Part shown: positions 22,639 through 36,100 of the stretch, piece by piece
Layout of the letters: each line of letters begins with the position of its first letter
Numbering within the stretch: the first letter of the stretch is position 1
Source of the DNA: Ruditapes philippinarum
Taxonomy: Eukaryota
Length of the DNA: 64,000 nt
Direction of reading: 5' to 3'
Assembly (NCBI RefSeq): GCF_026571515.1
Contig: NW_026857065.1
Span: forward strand, 62,001-126,000
Notes under the pieces: generated by a model
Told to the model about the DNA's origin: nothing
Seen by the model: the letters and a program-made list of their open reading frames with translations, nothing else
Databases searched by the model: none
Made by a program: the position numbers and the translations under genes

Positions 22639-25504
22639 TTTATATCACTATATGAAGTTTCAAATTACTAAGAACTACAGACTATTCTCATCTTAGTGTA
22701 ATTATTGAATTAGTCCTTCTAAATGTAATAGCAGTTGATCAGTAATTGCACTAAGGTGACGAAATGGTCAATTTGACTTAATAACTTACAACAAAGAAAA
22801 CGAACTTTGTTCAGCTAAATTAAATGTGGCCCGTACCTTGATTAAAAGATTTCCATTTTATCACGTTTATGCCAATATAGCATATTCCTAAACTTATCAG
22901 AAACCTTCTTGTTTCGTTCATTTTCTCCGATTTTTTAAGTCTTCAAAATATCGTTATCAATAAAGAAAGGAAAACTAATAGAAGAATTTCTGCAATCTAT
23001 TATGTTTTCATGTTTGGTTTTTGTAAAAATTTAAACTTGAATGAACCATGTCTTTACCAGTTTTGTGTTTTTGCTTTAAACATTTTTATTTTCTCTTTTT
23101 CATAATAATTTAGCAATAGGCAATGCAGATACAAATGCCACACATGCATTAAAAGGAAGAAATATAAAATACATAATTTGACATTTGTAGCACAAAAGAG
23201 CATGCATTTCAGAAATATCGTTGCTGCAAACCAGTTACATCATTCTTTTGTTGAAAAAATTTGTAAGTTTACAAGAGATGGTTTTTTGATCTGCCATGTT
23301 TTAAACTCTAAACTGCGAAATACAGAAACTTGTCCAACTTTAATCTAGTTAAACTTAAAAGCATTCACAAATGTTTTAAAAAGCGAGAAAAAAATTCCCG
23401 TGTTTGAAATAGTTAAAGAAAAAACACCGTGCGCGATAAATTTACCTAAACACTTTATTTAAGTTTGATTAAAATACACCATATAAACAATACAGTTGTG
23501 TATGATCTCTTTATTTCAGAATGCTAAAGTTAAATACAAACGATCCAATGCAACGAATTTTTGTATTGCGGACGCGGAATGTCGCATCATAATGACATAA
23601 CTAACACGAGTATAATGAAATACTAGTATTTCTGAAAGGTGTAGTGCATCGAGCTGAACACTCTTGCTGGTGGAAAAACATGTACATGTACATTTGTATT
23701 ATTACTACAGTTATGTAATTTATTATAATAAAGTGATTTTTAGCAGTTGCATCTTTCATTTGGAAGGATTAATCTTTGGTTCTTGGGTCTACCATGTTTA
23801 TACTCAAATGCTAAATTTTACAAAGTATTTTTTGTCATTTTCTTAAAGTCACCATGGATCATTTTTATAGATACATTTTGATTAATGTTTTTTTTAACTA
23901 TTTCGATATAAAAAAGATGAGATGTTTTGTGTAAGTCGGTGAAAGAAGTGTTTTCCGATTGTTTTACCGAAAGGTTAATTCATAAAGAACTCTTGTCAAC
24001 TCCATTTTTAATACATGTTGTAAATAACTGTTAACAAAATAAAAATGTTATACTATTAATCAATAAGAGGGTTGTGTAAAAAATATGTTGACTTTTGATA
24101 TAACTGCTACATTTGACGTCAAAGGACTTTTAAACTTAATTTCAATGTAAGCATGGTTGCGGTTCAATCAAAAATATATTCTAAAAATGACTGCATTTTA
24201 TATATACTTCTTACCAAATTTATGCAACTTTTGCACAACTCTCATATTAGTTCTCCGGTGCATTTGAATATTTTGATATATGTTTACCCGTAAATAACGT
24301 ATTTTCTGCCAATAAAATGTGTTGCTGACATAAATTTGTAATGTAATATGTGGGCCTGCCGGAATTGCAAAATATGCTTACAGGATCAAATTTTGCGTCT
24401 ACTTACGGTTATCTTTCAGGATGTCGAATGAAAATTTGCTAAAAAATTTTGTTTACACAAAAATCGAAAAGACGTACAGTCTTCAGATGCTTGAAATGTT
24501 TTCGAAAAATATGAGCGAAAAAGGGTGTTTGACAATAAGCTTCCCTCACAGCCTTCAATTATTATTCCGACATCGAAGAAGCTACACGAAGCACAACTGT
24601 TTTGATCATCTTGTATGATAAACTAGGCATATTGTGGGCAGGTTCATAGGAATTCGATTTTAGGAGATGTTAATGTTTAGGATTGTTTAATGCTTTGTTA
24701 AACATTGTTTAAGGTGTCACGACGTGCCGTCGTTATGTAAATCCGGTGTGCCTCTATTTGCTCCGGGTTGTATTTCATTTATATTTTATATGTTATAATA
24801 TATTAAATTGTTTTGCATTTTGAACCTGCAATGAGATTATTTTAATAATTTCATAGAAAAAGCCTTCATATTGTTCTATCACCCTCGTACACTTTTATAG
24901 AGCATTTTTTTATTGACCCCACATAAAATTTTGTCGGTAACAGTTGTTGTAAGTTTTGTATCAATATATATTATAAAGCAAACTCTTTTGTTTGAAGAAT
25001 TTGTTTTGCAAACACCTAAATGAAATTCTTAAATACTGTACATGTGCAAATAACAAAATCTTCAGTATTATAAACTACCATTCATATTGTATATGTTACT
25101 TTATAATGATAAAACTCTAAATCAGCCAAAGTGCTGTTGTATAGATACAACCTCTTGCAAATTGTTTTTATTGTAAATTAAGAGACAAATTTCATCAGTC
25201 CATTAAATACTTCTTTAGATGCTATAATTGAAAACTCAGGAAACAAAGCTATATTTATTGAACAAAACCATTTATAAATGATGATTTATTAAACGCATTG
25301 AATGTAGGCAGTATAAAAGAAATAATTTTAGAGAGGAAGAGGTTCACCAAGGGCAATTGAAATAAACAGTACAAAATACTGCAGATACAAAAAATGAGCT
25401 AAACAGTACCGGTAAATACACCGCAGCCTATTCCCTAAGCAGTTACCCGAGGAGCGATTTGTTGTGATGTTATGAACTTTGAACAGAGTAATCGCTGTTA
25501 TGGA

Positions 25505-25573
25505 ATACTTATCATGCCTCAGCATGGCGTCACATCTCGAGAAATTCTGTTGGCAAATAGGACACTGGCTCAT
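25505..25573 (-). other. Degenerate C2H2 zinc-finger fragment, probably a relic of a large DNA element (Polinton/Maverick-like)
   Basis: MSQCPICQQNFSRCDAMLRH (C-x2-C-x3-F-x8-H, second His missing), next to a (TAC)n(CAC)n run at ~25651-25676. Confidence 0.3.
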
Positions 25574-25731
25574 TGTAAAACAAAAAATGTACAATACTGT
25601 GTTTGACATATAAATTGAAACAATAATCCTTCTTACTATGAACACAAACACTACTACTACCACCACCACCACCACCGTAAGTTAACAAAGTTCTAGTATT
25701 TAGTTTAATTGCCCAATGTCTGTGTAATTTG

Positions 25732-25951
25732 AAAAACAACGCTAACAAACGGTATTTCATTACACAATTGGATACCTGGGTTTAATTGAACTTGACATAG
25801 ACCCCGAAATGGATGTTTACGACAATTTAACTAAAAACAACGCTTACGAACGGTATTTCATTACACAATTGGATACCTTGGTTTAATTGAGCTTGACATA
25901 CACTCCGAAATGCATGTTTTTGTCAATCTAGCTAAAAATAAAAACAACGCT
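25732..25951 (+). repeat. 101-bp tandem repeat, ~2.2 copies
   Basis: AAAAACAACGCT..CGGTATTTCATTACACAATTGGATACCT.GGTTTAATTGA.CTTGACATA repeated at 25732 and 25833. Confidence 0.9.
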
Positions 25952-26558
25952 TGAAGATATATTTAATTATTGACAATATACAAATGTTTCAGAGGAAAAT
26001 AAATATCATATCTGAAAAAACTTCACGAAACTAGAAACACTCTTTGCATCCATTTGAAAACTGAAAATGTTTATAAATCTTAAAGAACTAAGCAATTTTT
26101 AAGGTAATTAAATACCATACATATTGACAAAACACTTTTCGCATTACACCACCTTCGATACATAATGAATGAACATTGAGAAATGTATGTTTGCAACAAA
26201 ATATTACCCACTTTATCTTGCACATCTCGTAAAAGCTTTCATGAATAAATATCTAACCTACCTTTAACCAAATCAATATAAATCAACTAAACAGCATCGA
26301 TGAGATACGTTATACAAATGAAATATCACGCTATATATTGTTTGTACAGGATAGCCTTGCTTTATTTTGTATCATTCAATCAATGATACTGAAGAGGTTT
26401 TTGCATAAAGTAATATAATGTTTATAAAGGGTTTACAAATTAGGAGAAAACATTCGCTAAGAAATATTTTCACTATTTATAAAGTTTTGCTAATTCTATA
26501 AAAAAAAATAATCTGTAAGCAAAACAACAACATAAGGTATCATTTGGAAAATATACCA

Positions 26559-27924
26559 ATGGGGTCGATTATATTCATTATAATAATAGGAAATGCGGTT
26601 GGAGCAACGTTTGGACAAACATACAAGGAAATGGACTCTTTGTTAGGACATCTCTTTGATGAGAAAAGATATAACACAATGCTTAGACCTCTCCTTAACC
26701 AGACTGATGTTATAAAGGTAAGTGGATCAGTTTTCTTTTTTATACAAGTGAAAATTTGATATCCCGAGATGATTTTGGTTTACAATTTAAATTTGCTTGT
26801 CTGAATTGTTGTCTTTGTTACTGGATTGAAGACAAGAAACAAAATTTAGGTCGTTTTCAATGGTGAAATCTTTTATTGCTTTGTTTCAGGTAAATTTGAC
26901 ACAATTTATAAGTAGCATCGAATATTTTGACATCACAACAGGAGAATTGCTTGTCAACGGGTATTTTGAAATAGAATGGATAGATGAAATGCTTAAATGG
27001 GACCCAGATCTGTATGCAGGAAAGAAACGAATAATGTTACCTAGAGGAAAACACTGGAAACCGAATTTTTACCTCACAAATGGACCAGCAAATGAGGAAT
27101 CCTCAGTTTATGGGAGCGGATTTGCACCGGCATGGGCCACATATCAAGGATCGGTAAGGACTATTCCGGCTGGAAGTTATAAAACAAAATGTAATGTTAA
27201 CACTTCGTTTTACCCATACGATATGCACACGTGTTACTTTAAATTTATTATCTCCAACCATGATGATACAGAAATCATGCTTAACTCACCAAGTACGGAT
27301 ATTATCGTTAGTGATTTAAAAGAAAATGGAGAATTGGAAATAAAGGGTACCAATATAAACATTTTGCTACTGAAGGATAGCAACATAGAAAATGTGACAA
27401 TGCCAATGTTTCAGTCATCGTTTGCGATAAAAAGAAGAGCAACGTTTGAATTAGTAAATGTATTTATACCTTTTACACTTATGTCTTGTCTAAATATGGC
27501 AACATGTTTTGTATGTCCAAGCTCTGGAGAAAGATTAACATTTGCGATAACGCTGTATTTGTCATTAGTTGTAACTACAACAGCTGCAACTGAAAGAATT
27601 CCTGAAAACTCTTTAAAAATACCTTACCTGTCGTACCAGTTTCTTGTATTAAATTGTATCAACACTGTTGGAGTGCTATGGAGTATATACATCGTAAATT
27701 ACGCAGGCAAACCAGCAGTGCAATATCTCCCGAATTGTTTGTTACGAATAGTGATGAAGCGGAGAAAGACAAAAATATTAAATGAGGAGGAAGAAAATCA
27801 CCCTATTCCCGCACACGAAGTAGCCGAAGCTCTTGATAGAATTTATTTTTGGGCTATTGTTTCGTGCATTATTGTTGTTGATATTACATTTGTTGGATTT
27901 ACGTTCAAGAGCTGGTACATGTAG
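26559..27924 (+). CDS. Divergent nAChR-like subunit, subtype C, intact (397 aa); exon 1 26559..26717, exon 2 26890..27924
   Basis: MGSIIFIIIIGNAVGATFGQTYKEMDSLLGHLFDEKRYNTMLRPLLNQTDVIK, AAG|gtaagt donor, 172-bp intron, tttcag|GTAAAT acceptor; Cys-loop CNVNTSFYPYDMHTC, SSGER, M1-M4, very short M3-M4 loop. Confidence 0.93.
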
Positions 27925-28662
27925 GCTTTGAAAACTGTATTAAAGACTAATCAATCTTTTGTAGAATTTTCTTCAACAAAGATTAATTTGTATTTAATGT
28001 TAGTTGCAGAATATATTATATTTGACAAATGGACGATTGTGGATATTATAACAATGTTAAGTTCAATGTAATTAAACATACTTTTTAAATGTTTCTATTG
28101 TAAACAAAAACCGTTTTTATTATAATATAAATAACTGAATGCATCACAATTGCACACTCCTACAATTTCATTACAATTTTAATTGCCACATTTTTTTTTC
28201 GATTTTTTTTGCAGAACATAACGTACTTTTGTGTTTACATTAAATTGATTAGTTTTTACATCTACCCCCTTATAATGCATGCCTGTTTAATATCATTCAA
28301 AGAGTATGCTTCAGGTATATCTATATATCTTTCACTATGTAAATTGATTTACTTGAAATTTATGAAACATTTCACTTGAAACAATTACAATGTTGCTTCA
28401 TTTCTGTTCTTTGAAAGCTATCAATTTTAACAAAGCTGCTTTTATATCAATCATTGAATATAATTAGTCATCATGAAAAAAACTGAATGGCCATATTTAA
28501 ATATTTAAAGATCTTCGTAAAATGTGCCTCTTTTTCGTTGCTGTTGATGTTGTTGTTGTTGTGTCTGTTGTTGCCTTAAAGAATAAAAAAGTAGAGTAAT
28601 ATTGACTTTATTCTCGTTGATAAATTCACCATTGATATTAATAAAATGCGTTAATCTTTTAT

Positions 28663-28688
28663 TAGACGGCGCGTGCACGCGCCGTCTA
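28663..28688. repeat. Perfect 26-bp GC-rich palindrome TAGACGGCGCGTGCACGCGCCGTCTA, likely terminus of a Helitron/Helentron-like element (~28658-29525)
   Basis: Exact palindrome ending in CTAG-T; small hairpin GCGACTATGCAATCGC at ~29507 could be the other end. Confidence 0.6.
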
Positions 28689-31600
28689 GTAGATATACAT
28701 TTGTCCGTATAGCAATGGAAAACATTTTAGATTTGATTTTGTGCATGTTTTTGTTTTAACAAAATCACATTGTTTTCAAATTTTCTAATAAAAATAGCTT
28801 TTCTGATGCACAACACGTCACAGAGCTTTAAGGGATTAAAATAAACGTTTAACTGAAGTGAAAGTGTCATGTTTGAATATCATATTCTTTTTATAATTAT
28901 CTACTTTTATCTTCTTAATAAATAACGTGCCAATGAGCCAGTCTATAGTCGATCGTTCTTAAACTTAACCGTTGAGAGAGGTAACGACTAAAGCAGTATC
29001 ACTCACTTCATTTGCCTCTGTTGAAGTTCGTCTCCGCCTTAAATTGTCGCCAAACATTTAGTCTTCGTTGACGGCGGTGGGGGGAGGGAACCAGGACAAT
29101 AATGACCAATATAACTTGACGAATTACAAGTTACAAAGCCTAAACCACGCCCAGTATCAGAGAGGCGGTTCTCCCTGAACCCTTAACTCAACACAGACCC
29201 GTCTATAGTCTAATGACGGGAACAGAGCAAGAGGTATCACTAAAATACGCAACGGAGATTATTTTGGCGCTACGGACGCAGCGGAAATATTTTTTGCAAA
29301 ACAGGCAAAACGTGTGCGACATGTAATTCATTAAAATAATTAACATTTAAGTTATAAAACAGATTAACTGAGTGAAAAAAGTACGATTATTTTAAAATGT
29401 ATCACAAATATTTGCAATAGGTTACTTTGAAGGATTCTGTGATCGACGATTGTTCTCTTTGCCTAGATTTTTAATTACATTTTGTGGTCCCATACCTAGA
29501 TTCTAGGCGACTATGCAATCGCACCAATATTTAAATGGACATATTCTTGGCACATATTGTCTTGAATTTATTTTAAGTTTACCAATCATTTCAATTTCAC
29601 TTGTTATCCAATTTATTTTGCTTCGACCAGACGTTTCAATCTTTGTCGCTACAGACAAACATTTCAGAATTTCAGACACATACAAATAACATGGAGAAAA
29701 AATTAATTAGTGCTTCGGATATTCAACTGTTATAGAGAACGATTTTCAATTCTGATTTTGTACATTACTTGTGACTGTTCACATCAATTGGCGGCGTCTT
29801 TGATGTGCAGCATCAACATTTAACTTGTTATATTTATTGATGTCTTTCAACTGGCAGACTACGGCTGTAGCTGTCAATTACCTCCCTGCAATCCTATCTA
29901 ATTATTGTGTAGTTAACGCTGAAAAACACCAGATTGGAATAATTCTAAAAGTTTAAAATAGCTAGCTTAATTGATGTCGAAAAAAACAGAAACAAAAATG
30001 CAAACATCTATTGAATTTTATTTTGGTGTGTGTTATTTACAATTCTGTTTTCTTTTTTTTTTTTCGATTCAATTATATGATTCACTTTAATTCAGCAAAC
30101 TTTAAGTTATTATATACCATTGACCTTTCGCATTAATTTTTCTTGTGTTTTTTCGACTTAGATAATATGTCATATGGCATATTTAAAACAGATAAATTTT
30201 ACTCAAAACATGACGAAATTTAAAAGAAAAGCAAAGAAAAGTTAATACTAGATTAACAATAAAAAATTTCAGTACAAAATGTTTGACTGTGTCAGGTTTC
30301 GGTGTGCCGACTTAACTGTCCCTTTAAGTTTGTCTTTATTGTTATTTTATTGTTAATCTTTAGCGAAAATATTATTTTTATGTGTTTCTTTTTCTTTTTT
30401 TTACGGCGATTGTATCACATATTGGTCATATATCGGCTTTGCTGGACTAGTTTCTAAATTATCCGCAAATGGTCGACTTCTGTGACATCCATATGTTTGG
30501 TTTCAGACAATCTATTTGTAGCATCACAAAAGTATACAATTAATTAAACATTGAACTTCATTAATTACATTATCGTATATACTTTGAAAACTGTTTGATG
30601 ATAGACTGATTACTGATCTTGCTTGTAAAAACAACAAAATTAAATAATATGGCTTCAACCTGCCACTAAAATACCTATAAGTGTTGTGATTTGTCATTAC
30701 ATCTGTAAGTTTGAAGTCTTAGAATAATTAGAAGTTAATGTTATATGTAGTAAATTGACATTTATATCTGCAGTCAGACTGTTTAAAGCCCAAAAGGACA
30801 TATACAATGGATTATGCTCATATAATTAATGTTTATGAGGAACAAGTTTTGATTTACTCTTCATTTATCTTTTTGAATTTATTTCTTCCTGTTTGTTGAT
30901 ATTGTAAATTAATACATTCTGTACTTAATAAAAAAACTTTGTTGTAGAAATAAGACTGTAAAAGTTATAACGAATTTTTGCATAATAGAAATTGTGCAAG
31001 TATATTTTTAATAAGAGAACATTCTATAAATAAAGGCCATATTAATAACGTTAAGTGTTACATTTACTCACCTGAGGAAAGGTACCGAGGTTCGCATTTT
31101 TAATATCTTTTAGTTCCTGGTAATGGAATTCTGCAGATACACATGTGTACAAAATGAGAGTGTTCTTGTCGAAAGGACAAACCTAATACTTAATGATAGC
31201 TTTCATATTATTTCATATTTAATGTTGAATTACAATGTTTTTATGTTTTTAAAAAGACGTTATTGCTGTATGTTGCGACTTAATAATTTTGTAGCTGTTG
31301 TCTAACCACTACATTGAAAAATAACACCTTCAGAACGTAGTAACACGAATACACGCATGCATACAATTATCTCTAGTATAACATACATTCCCGTGTAGAA
31401 AAAAGTGAATGTAAATTTATATCACGAGTGGCACATGTTTTTTTTTTAATTTTAGATATATTCCTTTGCTGTTTCATATTATTTTACCTAGCGAGTTGTT
31501 CATAGTTTTACCGGTCACAGGGAGGTAATTGTTACAGGCAAAAATCAGTTCTGTTTATTGAATACATATATGTATGAATTGCCTCAATGAACAAACACCA

Positions 31601-33903
31601 TGGTAATAATATTGATTCATTTGGTTAATATTTAGTATCCAAAAAATAAATTGCCATGACAATTAGCATTATAATTTGTAAAGCATGAAATGATTTTTGT
31701 GTGTTAAACAAAATGGCACTTGTTAGAACTATTGCTTTCAATCTGATTAATGCATTTTCTTGTTTGAAAAGCACGTGAGTTAGTTAGTTTCTTTTACTAT
31801 CTTCATAAGTGATATTTATCACATTTATAACAGTGACATGCGTATCCCTTTTGTTACTTTATACTTTATTTCTTGTTCTTTACTTTTGATCTAACCATGT
31901 TCTTACATGGACTTGCATAGATTACAAATAATGTATTTTTCAGAGGTACGGGTGGGGGCACAGTATTTCATTTGTGAACAATAACCGCGTAATTGAAGAA
32001 CGGTGTGTCATTTTATTATAGAAATATTGTGTTTTCCCAAGGTTATATATTAGATTGAGCGGGCTTTGCAGTTTATTCTATAAAAAATGAGATGTTAAAA
32101 ATGTTACGAAAGACAATATTACCTGGGCAGTCTCTTGCATTAGTATTTCGCCCCATCAAGATCTTAAAAAGACACATCGTACAGGTATCATTTCATGGGT
32201 ATTAATTATATGTATCACTGAAGGTCACTTAACATTTCGTCACTTCAGTACAGTTATGGGTTTACTTCTTATAAAATTTAATAGATGTTAACCTGTTACT
32301 GCATAAAGGATACGATCATTGATTCCAACACTTTCAAGTCTCAAGTTACCTCTGATCCCTTTTCAAAATTCCATTTTATTTAGTTTCGCTAATTGTCTTC
32401 TCGTTTAGGACAGACGCATTCTTTTACTTAAGTGTCTACACGCCGTTTGTCATGGAATGGCACGAAAGTGTCAAATTGAAGGTTTCACTCTAACCGCCGT
32501 ATAAACACATCTGCGGATGTTCTTAATTCGAAATTTCACCATTACCACCATTTGAAATTGAATTCTAGTTAAGCCGGTGCTAGGGGACGTGAACGGTACC
32601 TTGCACTTTCCTATACGGCCCATGAAAGTTCAATCAAACCGAGCCTGCAACATTAACAGTTTTGTCGGGCTCACACTTTTCCAGATTTTAACCCATTACT
32701 TCATGAGCATTTTGTGAAAAATGGTTGTTTTCATTGAAAAGTCTCCCGTTACAAGTTCAAATTGCTATAAAACTATACAAAAACTGCTTCAATACTAATC
32801 AAACTTGGCACAAATGTTGACTGGACCATTGCCTTTGCAACAACATGCTCAGAATTAAATTTTCTGTTACCATGGCAACGAGGGGGCATCTCAAAATTGC
32901 CAAAAAATCACTATTTTGCGTTGATTTTTTCCATCAAAATTGATTTCAAAGTGCTGCAACTTCTCAATGGATTGAGATAGAGTCAAATGCTTTTCAGCGT
33001 TGGTTACACGTTACCTTATGATCGATCTTGGATCATTTTAGCCTCTAACAAGTCCAAAATTTATTGGCGATTAGGGGGACTGCCGCCCCCTTCCACCCCC
33101 CCCCCCCAAACAGAAGAGGGCACATCCCCCTTCTGGCAACCCCCTGATGTATCTTTTGGTTGATGGCCGCGCCAAAAAAGTTGTCACTTTTTTAACAACG
33201 TTTCTCAAACAAAAACAAGTGTTGGGGGCCTAAATAAGGCATTTTTTCACCATTTGAGACAACAAAATAAGGGGGGTGAAAAAGGCGTTAAAAGGCGTGT
33301 ATATCGCGTAATTGGTTAATGTTTTATATCATGGACACCATATGTGTGATTTTGTAAATTAACTTGCCTTTATGCACCTTTTTGTCTACACACTGTCAAG
33401 TGTTTCTTGGTAAAATGCCTCAAGATCAAATATTTTATAACACCTGTATTTGGAACCAAAGATCGAGTAGTATTATTTTAAGACAAATTGATAGCCTGTT
33501 TTCACTTGAAAGTAGTGCAGGAATTGCAAGAGTCTTTTCTAATTTTCTGCTTATCATAATTGAGTTGACAAGGGCTTGAAAATGATTAATAAGCTAGTTA
33601 TCTGTCACTCTCCTGCGCATCGGTCAAATGTTTCACTATCGCTCACTTTACCTGAAGTAACGGGGTGTGTTCCGTGAGCTACGAATCTTAGGAAATATAT
33701 GACATAGTGTCTTTTAAAGATATACTATGCTCATCTTTGGGTAAAATATTTAAAACATATTTTTTTTTGAAATCTATGAAACTGTTATTCAATATGACTA
33801 ATTTGAAAAAAGAACAATGAAATATCAATTGGAAACTGCTTTCCATATTACATGTCAAGTAATGTTGGTATTTTCTAAAAATAAAAATTTGAATGATGCT
33901 ATA

Positions 33904-34870
33904 CAGTAAACTTCACTTATAGCGAACACGGTTATAGCGAACTTCCGGTTATAAGGAACAATTTATTTTGGCCCGAATTTTGCCCTTCTTCATTTAAAAT
34001 AAAAATATACGGTTAAAGCGAACACGGTTATAAGGAATTATCGCTTATAAGGAACTCATTTCTTAGTCCCAATTTAGTTAAAAGTACAGAAAATTAAACT
34101 TTTATAACGAACTCCAAAATATCCGCTATCCGTAAATAGATCCCGCATTTTCAACTTTCGTGTTCATTTGCGGCTAAATGTACCGTTTATTGTTGAGTGT
34201 ACTTCAGTACATCTATGGAAATGAATTTGTATAGCAGTACGTAATAGTTTTCTATTAAGGATATTTTAGCATGGGTCTTGTCATCAAGATAAAACGGTTA
34301 TTCGTTAAATGTTTTATTCTTTTATTTCTTTTCTTAAATAGTTTTGCTCGAGTTAAATAATTATGATCATTTATAATCGGTTTTCAACATAATCAATCAT
34401 TGAAAACTACAAAGTACGCTTGATTGAAATGGAAAAAAATCTATATCTTTCATTAGTAAAAGTCACTCTTTAAATATAATACAACTAATACATAAAAAGA
34501 AGAAAATATCGAAAATTTTGTTTATCCCTACTCATGGAAGCATTGAGTTTAGAAACTAAATATGATACTTTATGAGAAATTGAGAAAGGGAGTAAAACTA
34601 AACTGAAATTAAAAAGGATTTCAAATTCCAAAAAATACGCTCTCGGGTATTGTGTCTCAAAAAGAAATGTAATAAATGACTATTTTTTCTTAATTAAATG
34701 CTCTTCAAAATGGCAGACGATGGTAAACAATCAGTTCGTTATATGTTAATCTGTTCGCTATAAAAACTCCTGATACAAGGAACTAGTTCGCTATATGCTT
34801 ATAAGGAACTCCGGATATAAGGAACATATTTTGAATGTCCCAATGAGTTCGTTATAAGCGGAGTTTACTG
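33904..34870 (+). mobile_element. pogo/Tigger-type (Tc1/mariner) internally deleted element, 967 bp
   Basis: TA|CAGTAAACTTCACTTATAGCGAAC ... GTTCGTTATAAGCGGAGTTTACTG|TA; repeated TTATAAGGAAC subterminal motifs; remnant LSLETKYDTL*EIEKGSKTK..IPKNTLSG (~34544-34650) resembling the CENP-B/psq HTH of Tigger transposases; absent upstream of E2. Confidence 0.85.
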
Positions 34871-36100
34871 TATATTCATATTGTGACATCTTATAGTGTG
34901 TAGAATTCCAAACATAACATATCTACATTGTGTGAAGTCAATACATGTATTTTATAGTTATAAAGAAACTGTGTAGCATTTATCAATGTTTTCAGATATC
35001 AAATTTAAGCATAGTATATTTTTAAAGCTCGTTTATGATACAAACGATCCCATTTCAAAATTCTTTTTATCTAGTTGAACCTATCAGTTTAAGAGCACAC
35101 GCTATTTTTATTTTGACCGCTTGTCGTAAAATGACATGATTGTGTTACATTGAAAGTTTCATGATAACCGCTTTATGAATTTACCTTCGAATGTTCTAAA
35201 CCCATTATTTAACCATTTCATGTTTAAGTGTAATGTTTTTGATAAGTGGGATGGACTGTTGTTTGTACACTACATGTACTTCTGACAATTAATAGACTCA
35301 ATCAAACTGAACTTTCAACATTTTTAGTTTTGACGGTTAGGGTTTCCGTTTCTTTTTCCTTTTTTATTCTGAGTAAATGACATGCCCATTTTTCATATTT
35401 GCATTTTGAACTTTTCAAAGTTCGATTACACTGCAAAATGTAGATTGTATTGTAAATCAATGCTCTTAAAGTATTTATGGTATATGTTATGAATAGTTCA
35501 CTTCAATCTTTTATTTAAAATCAAATTTTGTCATCCACTTGTCGGAACGTTTCCTGTGATTAAAGGTGTGAAATGGATTTTTAAAGACGTTGATTTTCCG
35601 GCAGTCAAGAAAGAAATGTTGTGGCCATTGAAAGATTATTTCAGCCTTTATGGTAATACATTGAACAACACAGTCATGTTCGTTTTGTGAGATTATAGTA
35701 AAACAAATACTTTGCTTTTGTTAAGAAAATTTTAATGGGTGGATTCAAGTGACATGCTTGAAGATGAAAACAAATAATGTGAAAATCATTTTTAGCTTGT
35801 ATTGCTTATAATAGTAGCTTTTTCGTCAATCACTTTTGTTTACTAATAGATTTATAAGAATACAATTCGATGCAATCAGTTTGCTTGAAAAAAAAAGAAA
35901 ATCGTCACTTGGTTTGCTTATTGTAACAAGTTAAAATCAATGACGTTTTGCAAATCATAAAAGCCTGCAAAAATGTCATAATAAATCATTTATAATGGAG
36001 ATTGAAGTAAAGTACATGTATTGTGTTAAAGATTATAGCGTTATTACGACTCAGTATTTATAACATTTTTATGTGATTTTTACATAAAAAATTGTTAGAA

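Noticed and set aside
21638-22922. Two candidate alternative first exons for B (~22922-22837 and 21759-21638) whose phases add up correctly
   Set aside because: The joined frame contains a TGA and has no similarity to the GQTY..LRP exon.
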